Under the pieces are notes generated by a model. That model had not been told where the DNA came from and searched no databases. It saw only the letters and a program-made list of their open reading frames with translations. Both the position numbers and the translations under genes were made by a program. A stretch of DNA of 64,000 nt from Auanema rhodensis (taxonomy: Eukaryota; Animalia; Nematoda), in contig OZ059897.1 of assembly GCA_964057225.1 (NCBI GenBank), positions 1,302,001 through 1,366,000 of the forward strand. The letters run 5' to 3'. This document shows positions 12,400 through 26,500 of this stretch, piece by piece (position 1 is the stretch's first letter; every line of letters starts with the position of its first letter).

Positions 12400-15300
12400 C
12401 TCAATACAAAAATTATTTATGATTGTTTGAAAAAAGATGCATTAGTGTATGTTGAGTTTCCATGTACACTCAACATTGCTTCCAAAAACATTTTGACAAA
12501 AATTTTCCCGAAAAATTTCAAGATAATTTTACAAAAACTAGATGTTTTTAGATTCCTTTTTTTAAGGCAAAGACGATGGACAATGTTATTCAACGAAAAA
12601 ATTAATTCTTCAGGGTGAAAAACGAGGATATAAGTGTGAACTTATATCAGTTGATATCTCGGTGCATTTTTAAGCTAGCGCAAATCTGATAACACAGATC
12701 GACGCCGCTTAAAAATACGCATCGAATGCACTATACTACATTGAGAAACGCTTAATACAAAAATTAGTTATGCTCGTTTGAAAAATGATTCATTAGTGTA
12801 TGTTGAGTTTCCATGTACACTCAACATTGCTTCCAAAAACATTTTGACAAAAATTTTCCCGAAAAATTTCAAGATAATTTAACAAAGAGTAGATGTTTTT
12901 AGATTCCTTTTTTTAAGGCGAAGACGATGGACAATGTTATTCAACAAAAAAATTAATTCTTCAGGGTGAAAAACGAGGATATAAGTGTGAACTTATATCA
13001 GTTGATATCTCGGTGCATTTTTAAGCTAGCGCAAATCTGATAACACAGATCGACGCCGCTCAAAAATACGCATCGAATGCATTATACTACATTGAGAAAC
13101 GCTCAATACAAAAATTAGTTATGCTCGTTTGAAAAATGATTCATTAGTGTATGTTGAGTTTCCATGTACACTCAACATTGCTTCCAAAAACATTTTGACA
13201 AAAATTTTCCTGAAAAATTTCGAGATAATTTTACAAAAACTAGATGTTTTTAGATTCCTTTTTTTAAGGCGAAGACGATGGACAATGTTATTCAACGAAA
13301 AAATTAATTCTTCAGGGTGAAAATCGAGGATATAAGTGTGAACTTATATCAGTTGATATCTCGGTGAATTTTTAAGCTAACTCAAATCTGATAACACAGA
13401 TCGACGCAGCTTAAAAATCCGTTTCGAATGCATTATACTACATTGAGAAACGCTCAATACAAAAATTATTTATGATTGTTTGAAAAAAGATGCATTAGTG
13501 TATGTTGAGTTTCCATGTACACTCAACATTGCTTCCAAAAACATTTTGACAAAAATTTTCCCGAAAAATTTCAAGATAATTTTACAAAAACTAGATGTTT
13601 TTAGATTCCTTTTTTTAAGGCAAAGACGATGGACAATGTTATTCAACGAAAAAATTAATTCTTCAGGGTGAAAAACGAGGATATAAGTGTGAACTTATAT
13701 CAGTTGATATCTCGGTGCATTTTTAAGCTAGCGCAAATCTGATAACACAGATCGACGCCGCTCAAAAATACGCATCGAATGCACTATACTACATTGAGAA
13801 ACGCTCAATACAAAAATTAGTTATGCTCGTTTGAAAAATGATTCATTAGTGTATGTTGAGTTTCCATGTACACTCAACATTGCTTCCAAAAACATTTTGA
13901 CAAAAATTTTCCCGAAAAATTTCAAGATAATTTTACAAAAACTAGATGTTTTTAGATTCCTTTTTTTAAGGCAAAGACGATGGACAATGTTATTCAACGA
14001 AAAAATTAATTCTTCAGGGTGAAAAACGAGGATATAAGTGTGAACTTATATCAGTTGATATCTCGGTGCATTTTTAAGCTAGCGCAAATCTGATAACACA
14101 GATCGACGCCGCTCAAAAATACGCATCGAATGCACTATACTACATTGAGAAACGCTCAATACAAAAATTAGTTATGCTCGTTTGAAAAATGATTCATTAG
14201 TGTATGTTGAGTTTCCATGTACACTCAACATTGCTTCCAAAAACATTTTGACAAAAATTTTCCCGAAAAATTTCAAGATAATTTTACAAAAACTAGATGT
14301 TTTTAGATTCCTTTTTTTAAGGCAAAGACGATGGACAATGTTATTCAACGAAAAAATTAATTCTTCAGGGTGAAAAACGAGGATATAAGTGTGAACTTAT
14401 ATCAGTTGATATCTCGGTGCATTTTTAAGCTAGCGCAAATCTGATAACACAGATCGACGCCGCTCAAAAATACGCATCGAATGCACTATACTACATTGAG
14501 AAACGCTCAATACAAAAATTAGTTATGCTCGTTTGAAAAATGATTCATTAGTGTATGTTGAGTTTCCATGTACACTCAACATTGCTTCCAAAAACATTTT
14601 GACAAAAATTTTCCCGAAAAATTTCAAGATAATTTTACAAAAAGTAGATGTTTTTAGATTTCTTTTTTTAAGGCAAAGACGATGGACAATGTTATTCAAC
14701 GAAAAAATTAATTCTTCAGGGTGAAAATCGAGGATATAAGTGTGAACTTATATCAGTTGATATCTCGGTGCATTTTTAAGCTAGCGCAAATCTGATAACA
14801 CAGATCGACGCCGCTCAAAAATACGCATCGAATGCACTATACTACATTGAGAAACGCTCAATACAAAAATTAGTTATGCTCGTTTGAAAAATGATTCATT
14901 AGTGTATGTTGAGTTTCCATGTACACTCAACATTGCTTCCAAAAACATTTTGACAAAAATTTTCCCGAAAAATTTCAAGATAATTTTACAAAAAGTAGAT
15001 GTTTTTAGATTTCTTTTTTTAAGGCAAAGACGATGGACAATGTTATTCAACGAAAAAATTAATTCTTCAGGGTGAAAATCGAGGATATAAGTGTGAACTT
15101 ATATCAGTTGATATCTCGGTGCATTTTTAAGCTAGCGCAAATCTGATAACACAGATCGACGCCGCTCAAAAATACGCATCGAATGCACTATACTACATTG
15201 AGAAACGCTCAATACAAAAATTAGTTATGCTCGTTTGAAAAATGATTCATTAGTGTATGTTGAGTTTCCATGTACACTCAACATTGCTTCCAAAAACATT

Positions 15301-18300
15301 TTGACAAAAATTTTCCTGAAAAATTTCGAGATAATTTTACAAAAACTAGATGTTTTTAGATTCCTTTTTTTAAGGCGAAGACGATGGACAATGTTATTCA
15401 ACGAAAAAATTAATTCTTCAGGGTGAAAAACGAGGATATAAGTGTGAACTTATATCAGTTGATATCTCGGTGAATTTTTAAGCTAGCGCAAATCTGATAA
15501 CACATATCGACGCAGCTTAAAAATCCGTTTCGAATGCATTATACTACATTGAGAAACGCTCAATACAAAAATTATTTATGATTGTTTGAAAAAAGATGCA
15601 TTAGTGTATGTTGAGTTTCCATGTACACTCAACATTGCTTCCAAAAACATTTTGACAAAAATTTTCCCGAAAAATTTCAAAATAATTTTACAAAAACTAG
15701 ATGTTTTTAGATTCCTTTTTTTAAGGCAAAGACGATGGACAATGTTATTCAACGAAAAAATTAATTCTTCAGGGTGAAAAACGAGGATATAAGTGTGAAC
15801 TTATATCAGTTGATATCTCGGTGAATTTTTAAGCTAACTCAAATCTGATAACACAGATCGACGCAGCTTAAAAATCCGTTTCGAATGCATTATACTACAT
15901 TGAGAAACGCTCAATACAAAAATTAGTTATGCTCGTTTGAAAAATGATTCATTAGTGTATGTTGAGTTTCCATGTACACTCAACATTGCTTCCAAAAACA
16001 TTTTGACAAAAATTTTCCCGAAAAATTTCAAGATAATTTTACAAAAACTAGATGTTTTTAGATTTCTTTTTTTAAGGCAAAGACGATGGACAATGTTATT
16101 CAACGAAAAAATTAATTCTTCAGGGTGAAAAACGAGGATATAAGTGTGAACTTATATCAGTTGATATCTCGGTGCATTTTTAAGCTAGCGCAAATCTGAT
16201 AACACAGATCGACGCCGCTCAAAAATACGCATCGAATGCACTATACTACATTGAGAAACGCTCAATACAAAAATTAGTTATGCTCGTTTGAAAAATGATT
16301 CATTAGTGTATGTTGAGTTTCCATGTACACTCAACATTGCTTCCAAAAACATTTTGACAAAAATTTTCCCGAAAAATTTCAAGATAATTTTACAAAAAGT
16401 AGATGTTTTTAGATTTCTTTTTTTAAGGCAAAGACGATGGACAATGTTATTCAACGAAAAAATTAATTCTTCAGGGTGAAAATCGAGGATATAAGTGTGA
16501 ACTTATATCAGTTGATATCTCGGTGCATTTTTAAGCTAGCGCAAATCTGATAACACAGATCGACGCCGCTCAAAAATACGCATCGAATGCACTATACTAC
16601 ATTGAGAAACGCTCAATACAAAAATTAGTTATGCTCGTTTGAAAAATGATTCATTAGTGTATGTTGAGTTTCCATGTACACTCAACATTGCTTCCAAAAA
16701 CATTTTGACAAAAATTTTCCTGAAAAATTTCGAGATAATTTTACAAAAACTAGATGTTTTTAGATTCCTTTTTTTAAGGCAAAGACGATGGACAATGTTA
16801 TTCAACGAAAAAATTAATTCTTCAGGGTGAAAAACGAGGATATAAGTGTGAACTTATATCAGTTGATATCTCGGTGAATTTTTAAGCTAACTCAAATCTG
16901 ATAACACAGATCGACGCAGCTTAAAAATCCGTTTCGAATGCATTATACTACATTGAGAAACGCTCAATACAAAAATTAGTTATGCTCGTTTGAAAAATGA
17001 TTCATTAGTGTATGTTGAGTTTCCATGTACACTCAACATTGCTTCCAAAAACATTTTGACAAAAATTTTCCCGAAAAATTTCAAGATAATTTTACAAAAA
17101 GTAGATGTTTTTAGATTTCTTTTTTTAAGGCAAAGACGATGGACAATGTTATTCAACGAAAAAATTAATTCTTCAGGGTGAAAAACGAGGATATAAGTGT
17201 GAACTTATATCAGTTGATATCTCGGTGCATTTTTAAGCTAGCGCAAATCTGATAACACAGATCGACGCCGCTCAAAAATACGCATCGAATGCACTATACT
17301 ACATTGAGAAACGCTCAATACAAAAATTAGTTATGCTCGTTTGAAAAATGATTCATTAGTGTATGTTGAGTTTCCATGTACACTCAACATTGCTTCCAAA
17401 AACATTTTGACAAAAATTTTCCTGAAAAATTTCGAGATAATTTTACAAAAACTAGATGTTTTTAGATTCCTTTTTTTAAGGCAAAGACGATGGACAATGT
17501 TATTCAACGAAAAAATTAATTCTTCAGGGTGAAAAACGAGGATATAAGTGTGAACTTATATCAGTTGATATCTCGGTGCATTTTTAAGCTAGCGCAAATC
17601 TGATAACACAGATCGACGCCGCTCAAAAATACGCATCGAATGCACTATACTACATTGAGAAACGCTCAATACAAAAATTAGTTATGCTCGTTTGAAAAAT
17701 GATTCATTAGTGTATGTTGAGTTTCCATGTACACTCAACATTGCTTCCAAAAACATTTTGACAAAAATTTTCCCGAAAAATTTCAAGATAATTTTACAAA
17801 AAGTAGATGTTTTTAGATTTCTTTTTTTAAGGCAAAGACGATGGACAATGTTATTCAACGAAAAAATTAATTCTTCAGGGTGAAAATCGAGGATATAAGT
17901 GTGAACTTATATCAGTTGATATCTCGGTGCATTTTTAAGCTAGCGCAAATCTGATAACACAGATCGACGCCGCTCAAAAATACGCATCGAATGCACTATA
18001 CTACATTGAGAAACGCTCAATACAAAAATTAGTTATGCTCGTTTGAAAAATGATTCATTAGTGTATGTTGAGTTTCCATGTACACTCAACATTGCTTCCA
18101 AAAACATTTTGACAAAAATTTTCCTGAAAAATTTCGAGATAATTTTACAAAAACTAGATGTTTTTAGATTCCTTTTTTTAAGGCGAAGACGATGGACAAT
18201 GTTATTCAACGAAAAAATTAATTCTTCAGGGTGAAAAACGAGGATATAAGTGTGAACTTATATCAGTTGATATCTCGGTGAATTTTTAAGCTAGCGCAAA

Positions 18301-20140
18301 TCTGATAACACAGATCGACGCAGCTTAAAAATCCGTTTCGAATGCATTATACTACATTGAGAAACGCTCAATACAAAAATTATTTATGATTGTTTGAAAA
18401 AAGATGCATTAGTGTATGTTGAGTTTCCATGTACACTCAACATTGCTTCCAAAAACATTTTGACAAAAATTTTCCCGAAAAATTTCAAAATAATTTTACA
18501 AAAACTAGATGTTTTTAGATTCCTTTTTTTAAGGCAAAGACGATGGACAATGTTATTCAACGAAAAAATTAATTCTTCAGGGTGAAAAACGAGGATATAA
18601 GTGTGAACTTATATCAGTTGATATCTCGGTGAATTTTTAAGCTAACTCAAATCTGATAACACAGATCGACGCAGCTTAAAAATCCGTTTCGAATGCATTA
18701 TACTACATTGAGAAACGCTCAATACAAAAATTAGTTATGCTCGTTTGAAAAATGATTCATTAGTGTATGTTGAGTTTCCATGTACACTCAACATTGCTTC
18801 CAAAAACATTTTGACAAAAATTTTCCCGAAAAATTTCAAGATAATTTTACAAAAACTAGATGTTTTTAGATTCCTTTTTTTAAGGCGAAGACGATGGACA
18901 ATGTTATTCAACAAAAAAATTAATTCTTCAGGGTGAAAAACGAGGATATAAGTGTGAACTTATATCAGTTGATATCTCGGTGCATTTTTAAGCTAGCGCA
19001 AATCTGATAACACAGATCGACGCCGCTCAAAAATACGCATCGAATGCATTATACTACATTGAAAAACGCTCAATACAAAAATTAGTTATGCTCGTTTGAA
19101 AAATGATTCATTAGTGTATGTTGAGTTTCCATGTACACTCAACATTGCTTCCAAAAACATTTTGACAAAAATTTTCCTGAAAAATTTCGAGATAATTTTA
19201 CAAAAACTAGATGTTTTTAGATTCCTTTTTTTAAGGCGAAGACGATGGACAATGTTATTCAACGAAAAAATTAATTCTTCAGGGTGAAAAACGAGGATAT
19301 AAGTGTGAACTTATATCAGTTGATATCTCGGTGAATTTTTAAGCTAACTCAAATCTGATAACACAGATCGACGCAGCTTAAAAATCCGTTTCGAATGCAT
19401 TATACTACATTGAGAAACGCTCAATACAAAAATTATTTATGATTGTTTGAAAAAAGATGCATTAGTGTATGTTGAGTTTCCATGTACACTCAACATTGCT
19501 TCCAAAAACATTTTGACAAAAATTTTCCCGAAAAATTTCAAGATAATTTTACAAAAACTAGATGTTTTTAGATTCCTTTTTTTAAGGCAAAGACGATGGA
19601 CAATGTTATTCAACGAAAAAATTAATTCTTCAGGGTGAAAAACGAGGATATAAGTGTGAACTTATATCAGTTGATATCTCGGTGCATTTTTAAGCTAGCG
19701 CAAATCTAATAACACAGATCGACGCCGCTCAAAAATACGCATCGAATGCACTATACTACATTGAGAAACGCTCAATACAAAAATTAGTTATGCTCGTTTG
19801 AAAAATGATTCATTAGTGTATGTTGAGTTTCCATGTACACTCAACATTGCTTCCAAAAACATTTTGACAAAAATTTTCCCGAAAAATTTCAAGATAATTT
19901 TACAAAAAGTAGATGTTTTTAGATTTCTTTTTTTAAGGCAAAGACGATGGACAATGTTATTCAACGAAAAAATTAATTCTTCAGGGTGAAAATCGAGGAT
20001 ATAAGTGTGAACTTATATCAGTTGATATCTCGGTGCATTTTTAAGCTAGCGCAAATCTAATAACACAGATCGACGCAGCTTAAAAATCCGCTTCGAATGC
20101 ACTATACTACATTGAGAAACGCTCAATACAAAAATTATTT
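12400..20140. repeat. Mixed 'S/K' domain (TAGTTATGCTCG+GATTCA, GAAAAACGAG, CCTGAAAAATTTCGAG variants), irregular order
   Basis: The variant set is shared among these monomers, with only short partial periodicities. Boundaries are approximate. Confidence 0.7.
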
Positions 20141-23100
20141 ATGATTGTTTGAAAAATGATGCATTAGTGTATGTTGCGTTTCCATGTACACTCAACATTG
20201 CTTCCAAAAACATTTTGACAAAAATTTTCCCGAAAAATTTCAAGATAATTTTACAAAAAGTAGATGTTTTTAGATTTCTTTTTTCAAGGCAAAGACGATG
20301 GACAATGTTATTCAACGAAAAAATTAATTCTTCAGGGTGAAAATCGAGGATATAAGTGTGAACTTATATCAGTTGATATCTCGGTGCATTTTTAAGCTAA
20401 CGCAAATCTGATAACACAGATCGTCGCAGCTTAAAAATCGGCATCGAATGCACTATATAACATTGAGAAACGCTCAATACAAAAATTATTTATGATTGTT
20501 TGAAAAATGATGCATTAGTGTATGTTGCGTTTCCATGTACACTCAACATTGCTTCCAAAAACATTGTGACAAAAATTTTCCCAAAAAATTTCAAGATAAT
20601 TTTACAAAAAGTAGATGTTTTTAGATTTCTTTTTTCAAGGCAAAAACGATGGACAATGTTATTCAACGAAAAAATTAATTCTTCAGGGTGAAAATCGAGG
20701 ATATAAGTGTGAACTTATATCAGTTAATATCTCGGTGCATTTTTAAGCTAACGCAAATCTGATAACACAGATCGACGCCGCTTAAAAATACGCATCGAAT
20801 GCACTATATAACATTGCGAAACGCTCAATACAAAAATTATTTATGATTTTTTGAAAAAAGATGCATTAGTGTATGTTGAGTTTCCATGTACACTCAACAT
20901 TGCTTCCAAAAACATTTTGACAAAAATTTTCCCGAAAAATTTCAAGATAATTTAACAAAGAGTAGATGTTTTTAGATTCCTTTTTTTAAGGCGAAGACGA
21001 TGGACAATGTTATTCAACGAAAAAATTAATTCTTCAGGGTGAAAATCGAGGATATAAGTGTGAACTTATATCAGTTGATATCTCGGTGAATTTTTAAGCT
21101 AACTCAAATCTGATAACACAGATCGACGCAGCTTAAAAATCCGTTTCGAATGCATTATACTACATTGAGAAACGCTCAATACAAAAATTAGTTATGCTCG
21201 TTTGAAAAATGATTCATTAGTGTATGTTGAGTTTCCATGTACACTCAACATTGCTTCCAAAAACATTTTGACAAAAATTTTCCCGAAAAATTTCAAGATA
21301 ATTTTACAAAAACTAGATGTTTTTAGATTCCTTTTTTTAAGGCGAAGACGATGGACAATGTTATTCAACAAAAAAATTAATTCTTCAGGGTGAAAAACGA
21401 GGATATAAGTGTGAACTTATATCAGTTGATATCTCGGTGCATTTTTAAGCTAGCGCAAATCTGATAACACAGATCGACGCCGCTCAAAAATACGCATCGA
21501 ATGCATTATACTACATTGAGAAACGCTCAATACAAAAATTAGTTATGCTCGTTTGAAAAATGATTCATTAGTGTATGTTGAGTTTCCATGTACACTCAAC
21601 ATTGCTTCCAAAAACATTTTGACAAAAATTTTCCTGAAAAATTTCGAGATAATTTTACAAAAACTAGATGTTTTTAGATTCCTTTTTTTAAGGCGAAGAC
21701 GATGGACAATGTTATTCAACGAAAAAATTAATTCTTCAGGGTGAAAAACGAGGATATAAGTGTGAACTTATATCAGTTGATATCTCGGTGAATTTTTAAG
21801 CTAACTCAAATCTGATAACACAGATCGACGCAGCTTAAAAATCCGTTTCGAATGCATTATACTACATTGAGAAACGCTCAATACAAAAATTATTTATGAT
21901 TGTTTGAAAAAAGATGCATTAGTGTATGTTGAGTTTCCATGTACACTCAACATTGCTTCCAAAAACATTTTGACAAAAATTTTCCCGAAAAATTTCAAGA
22001 TAATTTTACAAAAACTAGATGTTTTTAGATTCCTTTTTTTAAGGCAAAGACGATAGACAATGTTATTCAACGAAAAAATTAATTCTTCAGGGTGAAAAAC
22101 GAGGATATAAGTGTGAACTTATATCAGTTGATATCTCGGTGCATTTTTAAGCTAGCGCAAATCTGATAACACAGATCGACGCCGCTCAAAAATACGCATC
22201 GAATGCACTATACTACATTGAGAAACGCTCAATACAAAAATTAGTTATGCTCGTTTGAAAAATGATTCATTAGTGTATGTTGAGTTTCCATGTACACTCA
22301 ACATTGCTTCCAAAAACATTTTGACAAAAATTTTCCCGAAAAATTTCAAGATAATTTTACAAAAAGTAGATGTTTTTAGATTTCTTTTTTTAAGGCAAAG
22401 ACGATGGACAATGTTATTCAACGAAAAAATTAATTCTTCAGGGTGAAAATCGAGGATATAAGTGTGAACTTATATCAGTTGATATCTCGGTGCATTTTTA
22501 AGCTAGCGCAAATCTGATAACACAGATCGACGCCGCTCAAAAATACGCATCGAATGCACTATACTACATTGAGAAACGCTCAATACAAAAATTAGTTATG
22601 CTCGTTTGAAAAATGATTCATTAGTGTATGTTGAGTTTCCATGTACACTCAACATTGCTTCCAAAAACATTTTGACAAAAATTTTCCCGAAAAATTTCAA
22701 GATAATTTTACAAAAAGTAGATGTTTTTAGATTTCTTTTTTTAAGGCAAAGACGATGGACAATGTTATTCAACGAAAAAATTAATTCTTCAGGGTGAAAA
22801 TCGAGGATATAAGTGTGAACTTATATCAGTTGATATCTCGGTGCATTTTTAAGCTAGCGCAAATCTAATAACACAGATCGACGCAGCTTAAAAATCCGCT
22901 TCGAATGCACTATACTACATTGAGAAACGCTCAATACAAAAATTATTTATGATTGTTTGAAAAATGATGCATTAGTGTATGTTGCGTTTCCATGTACACT
23001 CAACATTGCTTCCAAAAACATTTTGACAAAAATTTTCCCGAAAAATTTCAAGATAATTTTACAAAAAGTAGATGTTTTTAGATTTCTTTTTTCAAGGCAA

Positions 23101-23500
23101 AGACGATGGACAATGTTATTCAACGAAAAAATTAATTCTTCAGGGTGAAAATCGAGGATATAAGTGTGAACTTATATCAGTTGATATCTCGGTGCATTTT
23201 TAAGCTAACGCAAATCTGATAACACAGATCGTCGCAGCTTAAAAATCCGCATCGAATGCACTATATAACATTGAGAAACGCTCAATACAAAAATTATTTA
23301 TGATTGTTTGAAAAATGATGCATTAGTGTATGTTGCGTTTCCATGTACACTCAACATTGCTTCCAAAAACATTTTGACAAGAATTTTCCCAAAAAATTTC
23401 AAGATAATTTTACAAAAAGTAGATGTTTTTAGATTCCTTTTTTCAAGGCAAAGACGATGGACAAAGTTATTCAACGAAAAAATTAATTCTTCAGGGTGAA
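18745..23500. repeat. Imperfect block duplication spanning the S-to-A subfamily junction
   Basis: The monomer order at 18745, 19096, 19447, 19798, 20149, 20500 is repeated at 21202, 21553, 21904, 22255 (+ extra 22606), 22957, 23308. Confidence 0.8.
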
Positions 23501-26500
23501 AATCGAGGATATAAGTGTGAACATATATCAGTTAATATCTCGGTGCATATTTAAGCTAGCGCAAATCTAATAACACAGATCGACGCAGCTCAAAAATCCG
23601 CATCGAATGCACTATACTACATTGAGAAACGCTCAATACAAAAATTATTTATGATTGTTTGAAAAATGATGCATTAGTGTATGTTGCGTTTCCATGTACA
23701 CTCAACATTGCTTCCAAAAACATTTTGACAAAAATTTTCCCGAAAAATTTCGAAATAATTTCACGAAAAGTAGATGTGTTTGGATTCCTTTTTTCAAGGC
23801 AAAGACGATGGACAATGTTATTCAACGAAAAAATTAATTCTTCAGGGTGAAAATCGAGGATATAAGTGTGAACTTATATCAGTTGATATCTCGGTGCATT
23901 TTCAAGCTAGCGCAAATCTAATAACACAGATCGACGCAGCTTAAAAATCCGCTTCGAATGCACTATACTACATTGAGAAACGCTCAATACAAAAATTATT
24001 TATGATTGTTTGAAAAATGATGCATTAGTGTATGTTGCGTTTCCATGTACACTCAACATTGCTTCCAAAAACATTTTGACAAAAATTTTCCCGAAAAATT
24101 TCAAGATAATTTTACAAAAAGTAGATGTTTTTAGATTTCTTTTTTTAAGGCAAAGACGATGGACAATGTTATTCAACGAAAAAATTAATTCTTCAGGGTG
24201 AAAATCGAGGATATAAGTGTGAACTTATATCAGTTGATATCTCTTTGCATTTTTAAGCTAACGCAAATCTGATAACACAGATCGTCGCAGCTTAAAAATC
24301 CGCTTCAAATGCACTATACTACATTGAGAAACGCTCAATACAAAAATTATTTATGATTGTTTGGAAAATGATGCATTAGTGTATGTTGCGTTTCCATGTA
24401 CACTCAACATTGCTTCCAAAACCATTTTGACAAAAATTTTCCCGAAAAATTTCATGATAATTTTACAAAAAGTAGATGTTTTTAGATTCCTTTTTTCAAG
24501 GCAAAGACGATGGACAATGTTATTCAACGAAAAAATTAATTCTTCAGGGTGAAAATCGAGGATATAAGTGTGAACTTATATCAGTTAATATCTCGGTGCA
24601 TATTTAAGCTAGCGCAAATCTAATAACACAGATCGACGCAGCTCAAAAATCCGCATCGAATGCACTATACTACATTGAGAAACGCTCAATACAAAAATTA
24701 TTTATGATTGTTTGAAAAATGATGCATTAGTGTATGTTGCGTTTCCATGTACACTCAACATTGCTTCCAAAAACATTTTGACAAAAATTTTCCCGAAAAA
24801 TTTCAAAATAATTTCACGAAAAGTAGATGTGTTTGGATTCCTTTTTTCTAGGCAAAGACGATGGACAATGTTATTCAACGAAAAAATTAATTCTTCAGGG
24901 TGAAAATCGAGGATATAAGTGTGAACTTATATCAGTTGATATCTCTTTGCATTTTTAAGCTAACGCAAATCTGATAACACAGATCGTCGCAGCTTAAAAA
25001 TCCGCTTCGAATGCACTATACTACATTGAGAAACGCTCAATACAAAAATTATTTATGATTGTTTGAAAAATGATGCATTAGTGTATGTTGCGTTTCCATG
25101 TACACTCAACATTGCTTCCAAAAACATTTTGACAAAAATTTTCCCGAAACATTTCAAGATAATTTTACAAAAAGTAGATGTTTTTAGATTTCTTTTTTTA
25201 AGGCAAAGACGATGGACAATGTTATTCAACGAAAAAATTAATTCTTCAGGGTGAAAATCGAGGATATAAGTGTGAACTTATATCAGTTGATATCTCGGTG
25301 CATTTTTAAGCTAACGCAAATCTGATAACACAGATCGTCGCAGCTTAAAAATCCGCTTCGAATGCACTATACTACATTGAGAAACGCTCAATACAAAAAT
25401 TATTTATGATTGTTTGAAAAATGATGCATTAGTGTATGTTGCGTTTCCATGTACACTCAACATTGCTTCCAAAAACATTTTGACAAAAATTTTCCCAAAA
25501 AATTTCAAGATAATTTTACAAAAAGTAGATGTTTTTAGATTCCTTTTTTCAAGGCAAAGACGATGGACAATGTTATTCAACGAAAAAATTAATTCTTCAG
25601 GGTGAAAATCGAGGATATAAGTGTGAACTTATATCAGTTAATATCTCGGTGCATATTTAAGCTAGCGCAAATCTAATAACACAGATCGACGCAGCTCAAA
25701 AATCCGCATCGAATGCACTATACTACATTGAGAAACGCTCAATAAAAAAATTATTTATGATTGTTTGAAAAATGATGCATTAGTGTATGTTGCGTTTCCA
25801 TGTACACTCAACATTGCTTCCAAAAACATTTTGACAAAAATTTTCCCGAAAAATTTCAAAATAATTTCACGAAAAGTAGATGTGTTTGGATTCCTTTTTT
25901 CAAGGCAAAGACGATGGACAATGTTATTCAACGAAAAAATTAATTCTTCAGGGTGAAAATCGAGGATATAAGTGTGAACTTATATCAGTTGATATCTCGG
26001 TGCATTTTTAAGCTAGCGCAAATCTAATAACACAGATCGACGCAGCTTAAAAATCCGCTTCGAATGCACTATACTACATTGAGAAACGCTCAATACAAAA
26101 ATTATTTATGATTGTTTGAAAAATGATGCATTAGTGTATGTTGCGTTTCCATGTACACTCAACATTGCTTCCAAAAACATTTTGACAAAAATTTTCCCGA
26201 AAAATTTCAAGATAATTTTACAAAAAGTAGATGTTTTTAGATTCCTTTTTTCAAGGCAAAGACGATGGACAATGTTATTCAACGAAAAAATTAATTCTTC
26301 AGGGTGAAAATCGAGGATATAAGTGTGAACTTATATCAGTTAATATCTCGGTGCATATTTAAGCTAGCGCAAATCTAATAACACAGATCGACGCAGCTCA
26401 AAAATCCGCATCGAATGCACTATACTACATTGAGAAACGCTCAATACAAAAATTATTTATGATTGTTTGAAAAATGATGCATTAGTGTATGTTGCGTTTC

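Noticed and set aside
23739-23754. CENP-B-box-like CCCG...CGAA
   Set aside because: The spacer is 8 nt rather than 7, the internal conserved base does not match, and this form occurs in only one variant monomer.
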